This document shows positions 24,844-34,707 of a DNA stretch of 64,000 bases, in pieces; the first letter of the stretch is position 1, and every line of letters starts with the position of its first letter. The notes beneath the pieces are model-generated. The model was not told the DNA's origin. It ran no database searches and saw only the letters and a list, made by a program, of their open reading frames with translations. Origin of the DNA: Takakia lepidozioides (Eukaryota; Plantae; Bryophyta); contig CM060731.1 of assembly GCA_030704615.1 (NCBI GenBank), positions 12,276,001-12,340,000 on the forward strand, given 5' to 3'. A program made the position numbers and the translations under genes.

Positions 24844-25810
24844 CGCCGTCCTCATTCTCAATGGAAACGTAGAAGGCTGGCGAACCTAGACGGTACCCTT
24901 CTCGAAATGTCGTCTCCTCTCCTCCTCATTTTCTCCTTCCTGCATCATTTTCTCAAGAGTAGGAAGGTCTGCAAAGCCTCCATCCCACGCCCCTGCATAC
25001 ATGACACAACATCAAATAGATGGTGAAACGCAAGAGACAAAAAAGCCTAAGTCCCAACCCGATGTAAAGTTCGGCGGTGTAATCTTAAACCGTTAGATCT
25101 TATACAATCTAGACCGTTAGATCTTAAATAATCTAGACCGTTAGATCCTGTAAAATCGATTCAAAATAATTTCCATCACATGATCTAGCCTTGTACAACC
25201 ATGACCATTGCGTATTTTAATCTCATATATCTTGCGATGCTTGTTAAGCCACGTCCATCCAGGTCCAATTTATTGAACAAATATCAAATCAACACACCGT
25301 ATAGGCGGAGGGATGAACCCATCCATTGGATGAATTCATTAATGTATGTGCCTTTTAAATGACACGTGTAATGATGTAGTCATATATATAGAGTTATGAA
25401 ACAATTTGCAGTAAGGGACTCATAAGTTTACATGCCATGTCATCGATGGATAAACTCATCAAATGGATGAATACATTCATGTATGTACTTTCAAAATGAC
25501 ACGTGTAGGGATGTAGTCGTATAAATAGAGCTGTAAAACCATCTTCAGTCATGGAGTCACAAGATTCCATGAAACGTCGTCCACGTGTAGTCAAAGATAT
25601 CACACTAGTCATAAAACCATCCCTGTCATCATGGTCAAGAATGTTTGACCAATGCTCCCTAACTTTCCGGAGTCATGTAGTGATATCCATTACTACAAAG
25701 TGGTAAAACTATGACTGCAACGCATTTCAGCGCTCTGTAGTCGTACACCTAGTGCCATTTTTATGACTCCGCCAAATCCGTAGTCCTAAAAACGCTGATC
25801 TCTTGTAGTG

Positions 25811-26082
25811 ACCTCTTTCTCCAAAAAGATGGAGTCATTCTGAAGCTGAAAACGGGTAGCCAAGACATGTTCCAGAACAATTGCAAATCCATTGTCAAGG
25901 ACTTCCTGGGAGAACGGCACTGGTTTGTCGTCACTTCAGAGGAAGCCAGCTTCCTTCCTCGCGTACGTTGATACCTTGCTATCGCAAACTTTCAGTGTAA
26001 ATCGGTTTACTGATGTCTCCAGAACATAGTTGAAGAATGAGCAGAGAATATGGCGGAGGAAGCTCAGACGACGACTGTGCAT
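25811..26082 (-). pseudogene. N-terminal piece of the 9011-12364 transposase, separated by the CACTA insertion
   Basis: Joined across the TSD it reads ...GFAIVLEHVLATRFQLQNDSIFLEKE|VYDLKGKL in frame. This aligns with GLCRVTETYLCSKFKLKPGTIYLEEERKDVPGQV of the paralog at about 20690-20800. Confidence 0.85.
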
Positions 26083-26700
26083 ATTCTGTTATTCCTTCCA
26101 GATATGCAGCCGTCCATTTTAATTACTTTTTTTGTGGGCCCTGTGGTCAGAGTATCCCTAGGAGCAATGTCGGCAGCTGTTAAACCGTTAATCAGAATCT
26201 CATCAATAAACACAATAACAAGCCGACTTCCTGGAAGGGGGGCTGCTATTTCATGAGCCATGAGCCATGAGCGGCATGAGCCATGAGCAGAGTTGTAAGT
26301 GTCGTAAAAAACATGAGCAGGAATATTTTCTGGAAATGGGTGTCCGCGGGAATAGGGTTTAGGGTGTCACGGTCATAGGGGGAGAAGGAGCTCCCGATGA
26401 AGGAGGTTCGGCAATGTTTTTTAGAATTACATATTGAAAGGCAATGTTTCGCGAATGGTAGGGTGGTACTCCTCTGTACAATGGGGGCCCATTTCAGCCT
26501 ACCAGCCACTTGCAAAATCCACCCACACTCCCAATCCCAAAGGAAATGAGGAATGATGCATTCTGGGAACGATGGATACAGAATAGAACAAAAAGACGAC
26601 ACTTTGGGGTTTTTATTGATCCACATGAATTGCATTTGAAGCACGTCTACTGTGCTGATTGTGCAAACAAATCTTTAGCCCTGTGCCTTCTGAATACAAG

Positions 26701-27414
26701 TCACATTGTCAATGGGACTTCGACTGCTCTGAGAACTAGCTCATGAGTCATCGGGCTCCTCCAGGTAAACTGGATTGTAGCCGTTGTACCACCCCTGTTG
26801 ATGTTCACCACAATGTTGTGCCCTTCAATCATACCACCATCGAATATGGAAAGCTTCACGTTTTCGTCGTCCACACCAATGTGAATGTCCCCATACAATG
26901 GAGAAGAGGAGCGCACTCCTTCAGGAGTATACGTCTCTCCGATGGAGTCCACCCACGTCCACTGGCAGCAGTTCCATCGCAACAGCATAGCAGTGTGCAT
27001 TCTTCTGCATGGGTGCCCGTCGTAGCTGGGAAAATCGGAATCAAGGATGCGCAGGAGCCACGGACTCCTCAGACCAAGATCGTCACCCCGCTCGAAGGCG
27101 TAGTGGCCTGGGATATACTCAAAAGCGGACAATGTTTCCACATTCGAACCAGTATCTTCTGTGTAAACTGTGTATCAGATAACGATGTCTCCCGATGTGG
27201 CCGAATACATTGAATAATCGAAGCCTCCATAAGGGCAGTCGTCCCGGTTCCGGAAGCACGGCATCCTTGCAAAGGAGGACCTGAGGACGTCTTTGATGCC
27301 GATGACAATGACCTTGTGGGCAGCAACGAAGCCCTTAGATTTTCGAAATGATGAGAAGCGGAAGAGCAGTGCGGGCTCCAACAATGGAGCATCTGGGTCC
27401 CACGTACCCACCAA
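26701..27414 (-). pseudogene. Unknown beta-rich protein, paralog A (internal TGA)
   Basis: ORFs 27175-27414 and 26701-27141 are in one frame, separated by a TGA where paralog B has Trp. Motifs DCPY, SGDI, FERG, NCCQWT, YGDI, DGGMI.GH, ELVLRA.EVP are shared with B. Confidence 0.75.
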
Positions 27415-27499
27415 TCATCGTGTAACATGTTCATCACGCCAGCGGTGGATGAACCGATACCTCTTTCTCATCCACGGGGTATAGTTTGAAATCTGTCAC

Positions 27500-27562
27500 C
27501 GAAGTCCATCCCCCGGATGGAAATTCGGCGCCGCATTTACATCAAAGGGGGGATGGACTTCG
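27500..27562. promoter_or_regulatory. Extended hairpin centred on one array-type palindrome, between divergent paralogs
   Basis: A perfect 15-bp inverted repeat, CGAAGTCCATCCCCC (27500-27514) / GGGGGATGGACTTCG (27548-27562), encloses GATGGAAATTCGGCGCCGCATTTACATC. A regulatory role is inferred. Confidence 0.6.
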
Positions 27563-27612
27563 TCGTCTCGAGTGGCTATAGGCCCTCCTGGCACTGACTG
27601 CCCATAGTTTGC

Positions 27613-28352
27613 ATGGCAGGGAAGGAAACTGAAACGGCTACATTCATGGAGCAGCCAATCTTCATCCGTGCAGGTTCCTGTAGGGGGGAAAATTAAATGT
27701 GCCCTGGAGTGTTTGTGAGGAATTGCAGCGTTTGCTTGAACTTCTTCTAGCCACCGCGCTGCTCTTTTTCAAGGATGTCGTGCCGTCGAATCCTGCTGAC
27801 TGCCCTTATCATGGCCACGATTATGCTATGTTCAAACCAGAATCAGGAGACATCATTGTTTGGCTCTCTGTTTTCACAGACGCTTCTGGAATCAAGCAGG
27901 AGTCTTTGCACGCAATGGAGTATTTGGAGGGCTATTACCGCTTTGAGCGAGGTGAGGGCGAGGGTCAATGCGGTCCGTGGGTCATGAAAATTGTTGACCT
28001 CGATATACCAAGGTGGAATGGGATGCCGGACAGATCACACACGGCCTCACTTTGGCGCTCGAACTGTTGCCAGTGGACCAGGGAGGGTGGCACCGGGGCA
28101 AACTATATTCGTGGAGTTCACTCCACTCTTCCAGTGTATGGAGACATTCGGCTGAGTTGCGAAGACGAATCGCACGGGCACATGAGGCCCATAGTGACCT
28201 TGTCAATGTATGATGGTGGTATGATTGATGGGCATGACATTGTTGTCAGCTCCACCAAGGGCACCAGATCGACCGCATTGCAGTTTACCTCGAGGTGCCG
28301 CATCAGTAATGAGCTTGTTTTGAGGGCTATCGAAGTTCCGTCGACTTGGTGA
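27613..28352 (+). CDS. Unknown beta-rich protein, paralog B (likely frameshift in G-run near 27685)
   Basis: ORF 27699-28352 is colinear with paralog A. Upstream MAGKETETATFMEQPIFIRAGSCR (27613) aligns with the N-terminus of A. Confidence 0.7.
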
Positions 28353-28628
28353 CGCCCATGTAGAAGGAGGAAGGGCTTAGATTTGTCTGGAGTTGCTAAA
28401 TGTGAGACACCGTGTTTGATCAATAAAACAACCCATCGTACCTCACTTCTGTGTGCTTGTGTTTCATTGTGTTCAAGAACTGCCGTAATTGGCCCACTGT
28501 TTACAATTTGTCGTCTCAATTCTACAATGTGTCTGTCCATATGAATATACCAGAGTCAGCGATATCAAAGTCCTGAGGTTAAGGAAATCCATATATGAGT
28601 AAAAGGAAACATGTACATGCCGAAGCTC

Positions 28629-29654
28629 GGAAATTCGGCACCGCATTTCATTTTTCTCCATGCAGCGATTTCTGGCAGCTCCCTTTCCTCCGTTGTCGTC
28701 GTAACGGAAATGTTGTACAACATTTCATTTCCTGACATGGCATTACCATACTTCGAATTGGAAATGCGGCACTGCATTTCCATATTGGACCTTGGATTGT
28801 CCGAGCATGTCCAATCGCTAATGCTTGTCCATGTCCATACTTGAAATGCGGCACCGCATTTCCATGTCCGTCATCGAAATTTCGTACCGGACAATGAAAT
28901 GCGGCACCGCATTTCCGGAGAGCACAATGGAATGCGGTGCCGCATTTCTGTCGAAGGGTCTGGATTTGGACAAACAACGATGTCCGTTCTGGAAATGCGG
29001 CACCGCATTTCCATGTCCGTCATCAAAATTTCGTATTGGACAATGGAATGCGGTGCCGCATTTCCGTCCAACAAGACGGAATGCCCACACGGGTCTGGAA
29101 TTGGACAAACAACGATGTCTGTTTGGCAAATGCGGCGCCGCATTTGCATGTTTGGCAATCGAAAGTTTTTATAGGACAATGTAATGCGGTGCCGCATTTC
29201 CATCAAAGGGTCTGGAATTGGACAAACAACGATGTCCGTTTTGGAAATGCGGCGCCGCATTTCCATGTACGTCATCGATATTTCTTATTGGACAATGGAA
29301 TGCGGTGCCGCATTCCCGTCTAGCATCATGGAATGGGGAGCCGCATTTCCATCGATGGGTCTGCAGTTGGAAAAATGTCCATCTCCAAAATGTAAATGCG
29401 GCACCGCATTTCCAAGTTCGACCTCCGCATGCGGGGTGGCATATCCATTTACCTCCATGGAAGGAGCTGGCAATCGGCAAAACTGCCGTGTCGAAAACGG
29501 AAATGCGGTTCGGCCGAACAGTTTCTGATGTCCAAACCATGAAACGGAAAATTGTTCTTGCCCCGGTTTTGGAAATGCGGTGCCACATTTCCAAAGGAGG
29601 TTTTTGCAGTTGCCACATTTCCGTTCCGACATTGAAATGCGGTGCCGCATTTCC
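28629..29654. repeat. Second array of about 16 copies of the same 22-bp palindrome with unrelated spacers
   Basis: Copies at 28629, 28706, 28760, 28842, 28895, 28928, 28991, 29044, 29126, 29180, 29243, 29296, 29329, 29392, 29571 and 29633. Confidence 0.93.
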
Positions 29655-29790
29655 GATTTTGGGAGGGACTAGGTTTGGACGATGTTGTCATTGAGAAGCA
29701 CATGGGAGAGGGGACATGAAGGACGGGGAGAATTTCCTCTATATACTCTGGAAGAGAATTTAAATGTACAGAGAGTTCATTAAAATTCTA

Positions 29791-30452
29791 TTAATCTTGA
29801 AAATCATCACTATCGTCGTCCTGTCCTTGACTGTCTTGCTCCGCCTCCACCCCGTCATTGCATTTCTCATCTCCAGCGGACTGCTCGTTGGCCAGGCTTT
29901 CGAAAATCCCATCTTCACCTTGCGGAACCGACCATCTCACCTCCGTTGGCTCGTCGTCCTCCCTGTCTGCATCGCTCTCATCCGCTGAATCACATATGAA
30001 CTTTCGCACCCGTCTACCTGTCTCAGCTGTTGCCAACTCTTTCTTTATCCTTTTGTCCTCCCTAGCCCTCTCCAAAATCTGCTCTACTTTATTGGGATTA
30101 TCACATCGTCTAATCAATGTATTTGCGAGTTTAGCTGCATAACTAGGAAGGGAGTAGTCCTTCACCGGGCTCGTCATGAAGTCGGCCCTCGCAAAGAACG
30201 GGACATTCTTCCTGGCAGGAAGTGTAGGCCCTAGATGTTTCAACCCGGATCCTGGAATCCTGCACATAACAATCACCAACAAGACCAATGAGAACCACAG
30301 TCCGGAAATGCGTTTGACAAAAAATCACCCAGAAGGCTTTGCAAACTTACAATGTTTGCACTCACTCGTATTCCGAGTTCTCCTCGGCATCAATGTCCAC
30401 TGTCTCTTCCTCCGACTCTGACGAATCCGAGGAGTCTTTGGCTTCGATGGGA
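29791..30452 (-). pseudogene. Last two exons of a gene with an acidic C-terminus (possibly the ParB-MTase tail)
   Basis: Exon ...PIEAKDSSDSSESEEETVDIDAEENSEY joins in frame via GT-AG intron 30260-30365 to EIPGSGLK...DDSDDFQD*. The intron contains a GGAAATGCG half-site. The identity is an inference. Confidence 0.5.
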
Positions 30453-31000
30453 GCCTTCACATTCCATTGCAGCCCTTCCAGATGGGAGTAAGGTTGAGGC
30501 CGACGCCCTTACCGCCGCAAGATTTCGGATGGTGCAGCGCACTGATGTCCCCAGACAACCATTTCCGCTTCCACTGCCTCCACCACCGACCCCTGTGAGA
30601 GCAAGAACAATGGGACACGACAGCTCTAAGCATCCTACACACCGTTGGGGGAAACCGAAGAGGCGGCGACCTCCCTCAAAAGTGAACGAGACAAAGATGA
30701 GGAATGCACTTTGGATGAACTGTACAATCCAGAGCTCAACAGAAGTGCCCCCACCAGGCTTTGGGCGTGTGTATCAGATGGCCACGGCAGGCTCAGCTGT
30801 TTGCAATGAGGTGTACACCATCACCATTTCAAAATTACCCACCTGCAATTGCACCGACTTCCAGATCATGGTGAACAAGGGGGCATCATACTGCCCTTGC
30901 AAGCATCTGTACTACGTGTACCTAAAGAGACTCCGGTGTAATTCCACAACTCATCACTTCCATACATGCACCAGGGTTGAGCCCCCAAGAGGTGCACACT
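30453..31000 (+). pseudogene. C-terminal SWIM portion of the GCM-type Mutator-like transposase
   Basis: HPTHRWGK..RRPP...SSTEVPPPGFGRVY...YTITISKLPTCNCTDF...CPCKHLYYVYLKR is colinear with WPTKRDGK..RFPP...STTEVPDPGYGRVF...CTCPDF..PCKHLYFIFLKR (9011-9523). Confidence 0.88.
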
Positions 31001-32634
31001 CTTCTAAATATGGATCCAGGGGACCAGTGAGCTTGGCTTGTGGTCCCCAACCATGGTACGCCCATCCTTTTCGGAGTTTCAGTTGTAGTAGAACTGTACT
31101 GCTGCAAGTACCTCTAAGTCTGGCCACAGAAAGGTCAGACTTATGTCTTGCCTACCAGTAACCTGTTTTGCTCGAACTAAGATAATACTATGTCATTCAC
31201 TTCTGTTTCTACGTGCTTGTATTTTTGTTTGTTGGAGGGTACCTGTTTTTCTGCTCTCCCAAACTTTGCATTCCTCACTCGACCCCCGACAAAAAATTCG
31301 GCGCCGCATTTCCAAGTAACGTCGTAGGTACTGGTAGATGCGGCCTTCGTCATAGCAAGATAGTCGCACCCAGCCTTCAGGGAGCCGACCGTCGCCAACG
31401 CCAAACTCCCCAGAAATTTCGCACGTGCGAGCCCTAATGCGGCACCGCATTTCCCAGTTGAGTCGCAAATCTTTCCCGCCGAATACCTGAATTGTGAAGT
31501 ACTGCAGACTCTATTGGTTCAATCGCGGCAGAAGGGTCAGCTTCATTCCAATGTTAAGGCATGTAAAACCGCGGAATACTCTATACAGGCGAGTATGCGA
31601 CGTCCTTTTGCCGTGGTATACTGGATTTCTCGTTGCACAGTCAATCATTTCCATGAGCGGATCTAAAAAACCATGAGCGGACTTGTTACTGACGACATAT
31701 CTTCGCCGCATTACAGGATGTGGAACTTCCAAAAACGGCAAGATCAAATAAAAAACTATTATTTTAATACCTGTTTAATCTGCCGCATTTCCAAATTTGG
31801 AGGAGTCCGCTCATGAAATCCGCGTGTCTTAGACTTCGGCTCACCGCTCATGCGGCTCATGGCTCATGGCTCATGGTTTCTGCTCATGAAATAGTAAACC
31901 TCCCTGGAAGCATGCCACAGGATCTGAGGGTGGGATTGCAGATTAAGTAAATGCATCTTTATACTACTACCAATGATCATGCGCACCTGAAAAGTTCAAA
32001 ATGTGAAACGAACGTGGGGTTGACTAACGAGGATGAACATGTATGATATCCCAAAATTTGTCATCAAACTCTCGTTCATTTACATATATTTATCTAAGAC
32101 TGTGCGCCAAGATTTCTGGGATTCGCTGTTATTTTTAAATATTGAAACCGTTCTAATAAAGAACACGCCGTTTATTTTGGGCGACACACGTCAGACATCG
32201 ATAACTATATTGAATACGAACAGCTGTACATTAATTGCTGGCATGTGCACTAATAAGAGAATGACTATGTGTAACGGTCACGCGAGAGGGAATCCGATGC
32301 TTCTAGAGACAAGCCACAACGCACGCAATCCCGCAAGAAATCGGGAGTCACTTCGTTTTTCTACTTTTCGCGCTTTAGAGGGAGAGTGGTAGTCAAGCTG
32401 GAGAGGGTTCCTTCTACAATACGAAAGAGAAGAAAGTCTCTTTATTTTACTTCCCTTAGAGAGAGACGCAGAGCAAGAGAGCAAGTGACGAGGCGTCGTT
32501 TGTTGGAGAACACAGGGCCAAGGTAGCAGGTAAACGCGGAGAGTGATTCACAAGAGTAGACCGAGACTGAGGCAGCGGCTGTGACACAGTCGGCGATAAC
32601 AGTGCGTTTTGGAAACCAGCCTGTGGATGCAGTG

Positions 32635-32789
32635 ATGACTCGCAGGGAAACTGAAGGAGGTGGAAGTACGGGGAACGCTAAACCGGGAGAAGGTCCAGAA
32701 ACCCTAGAGCAGACAAAAATTCCAGCAGATGTGAGAGGGAAGAGGAAAGCTGCAGAAGGGGATCCAATTTCAAAACCTAAGAAGGCGCC
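32635..32789 (+). other. Possible first exon of an unidentified (probably decayed) gene
   Basis: ATG...RGKRKAA...KPKKAP followed by a GTAAG donor. Downstream candidate exons contain stops. No domain recognised. Confidence 0.25.
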
Positions 32790-34199
32790 AGTAAGTTTTC
32801 TCTAACTTCCATTTCATTGTTGAAGATCTGCGTAGAGATTGAGTGGAATGTCCCAGAAAGGGATTGTCGCTACCGACCATCACCATGAAACAACGGTGAT
32901 TTGCTTTCTACTCCTCTGTTAAGGGTTTTCCGCACAATGAGTGGGTGACTGACGGTACCGTCATTCACTGTTGTTCAGATCATACAGTCTTTCAAGTAGT
33001 CCTTCCTCTTCCCTTCGTAAGCAGGAACATGTGATTGAAGTCTACTGAATTGCGAGCGTCGTTAACGCCATTCGATTATCCTCATGAGATTTATGTACCT
33101 ATGTGTTTGAAGAGAGAGTGAGGGTCGGCATATTCAGTCATATTGTTTTGCAATGCATTTTCTTTGTTTGAGGTTGAACAGATAGAGAAGTGGAAAGGCG
33201 GTACCGCCAATCAAAGATTTGAAGACCATACTGTAGATTCAGGTAGAGTATAGATTGGAAAGTACTCTCAACATAGACAAGAAACAGTGAATGCTTGCGA
33301 CGTTCATCACAATGGAGTCAATCTGAATAATCTGCACTTACTGTCCGCCCTAAACTATATTGAGTGGAAGTTCAATGTTGATCACCTTGGGTCTCTGCTT
33401 TCCCCTTCGAGGAGTGAAGCATCAGACTTCATTATGTTTCCAATCAGGATCTTTTGCTTTTTGACGGGTCAAGTTGACCCCTTTTGCCGACCGATACTCT
33501 GCAGTATTCTGGTTCCTTCCGTTGGTTCCTAAAAGCTCCTGTTAGATTGCTGCAATTTGATCCTGTGGAATGACTTTGGATGTCTAAAAAACATGACCCT
33601 TTCTTTGGATACACAGTCAAGTTGGGTTACTCTTTGCTACCACAGCCTCCATTGACAGGACGCTCTCGCATAAATGGAGGCACCTTGATGATGGCCCAAC
33701 CTCATGGAAATTTGTTTGGGCTGATGTATGACGAAAAGATTGGGCGGCAAATTAGATCTCTAGATTTTGTGATGCTGATAATCTATCTTCATTTGATATT
33801 GGATGGAACTGTAGAGGCAAATTCCTAGATGACTAGAAAGAGTTAGAGACGGTTGCCAAGTTGTTGGAACGAACTTGCTATAATTGAGGTGTTGTCAAAG
33901 CAATCAATGTCAGTTGGGCAAGCCGTGACCAGAGTGCAAGTGTGTGGAGAGAGAGTGTGTGTGTAGCTTGTAGAAGATAAAAGATATATTTATTCCCTCT
34001 ATGGTAGATTAGCTCTGCAACTCTGTAATGTGATGATTATGAAGGAATAGAAGAAAAGGAGGAAAAAAAGAATATAACGTGTAATCTTTGTTGAAGAATT
34101 ATTGTGGAAGATGGAACGATTTGCAATCAAAGTGATAGATTGTATGGTCTTGTGTGAAATAGTGAGAATGTACATCATTGGTGGAGATGAAAGTTCTAT

Positions 34200-34420
34200 G
34201 CAAGAATTAATTTCTAGACTACTGAAGGATATATCGATTGTGATATTCAAGAGCCTATACTGTAATGATGTAAAATTAGTGCAATTAAAGAGTGTGAGCA
34301 GGGGCAGGTATAAGGAAATATCAACTATATATAGACATTGTCATTGGAGACACAATTCGATACAGATGTGGTACCGTCCCTTTGATGGTTACCCAGAATT
34401 AATGAAGGAGTGGAGTAATA
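34200..34420 (+). pseudogene. Degenerate F-box-like fragment (copy 1)
   Basis: SRLLKDISIVIFKSL...DVKLVQLKSVSRGRY resembles the F-box consensus. It is similar to 39339-39500. Confidence 0.35.
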
Positions 34421-34440
34421 ACTTTGGAGGTGGGAAATCT

Positions 34441-34707
34441 TGTCAAGAAATGTAGACAGACTTACACGAGTTCTAGGATAGCAAGGAAACACTAGTAATC
34501 AATACAAACTTCGAGCAAACACAGATCGGTTCTTCATGTTAAAACAATGTAAGCACATCTGTGCATACAGACTGCTGCATACTAAAACGATGCCAGCACA
34601 AGAGAGAGTTTCTGCAACAACTAAAGCTACTTGAAAGTTTAGCTATCAAGAAAATAGGTGAATGCCACATGACACGTGGTTTTGGATGAATGTTATAACA
34701 GCCAACA
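34441..34707 (-). repeat. Copia 3' LTR
   Basis: TG...CA, 267 bp, preceded on the minus strand by the PPT; direct repeat of 38988-39245. Confidence 0.9.

Larger units (their letters stand above)
12365..25810. mobile_element. CACTA (En/Spm)-ended non-autonomous element, 13.4 kb, 3-bp TSD ACC, filled with cargo
   Basis: Left end CACTACAACAGATGAGCGTTTTTATGACT (12365); reverse complement of the right end CACTACAAGAGATCAGCGTTTTTAGGACT (25810). ACC lies at 12362-12364 and 25811-25813. Subterminal ATGACT/AGTCAT-rich tracts. Removing the element restores the interrupted transposase reading frame. No TnpA/TnpD recognised inside. Confidence 0.92.
26238..31902. mobile_element. Non-autonomous TIR DNA transposon (Mutator-like), 5665 bp, 8-bp TSD CCTGGAAG
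   Basis: Ends GGGGGCTGCTATTTCATGAGC and GCTCATGAAATAGTAAACCTC. Subterminal CATGAGC repeats in inverted orientation at the two ends. CCTGGAAG at 26230-26237 and 31903-31910. Contains a SWIM transposase tail homologous to 9011-9523. Confidence 0.92.

Noticed and set aside
32050-32073. Possible right terminus (reverse complement GAGTTTGATGACAAA) of the element holding the 9011-26082 transposase
   Set aside because: It resembles the other MULE-like ends, but I found no matching left TIR or TSD near 8.6-9.0 kb.
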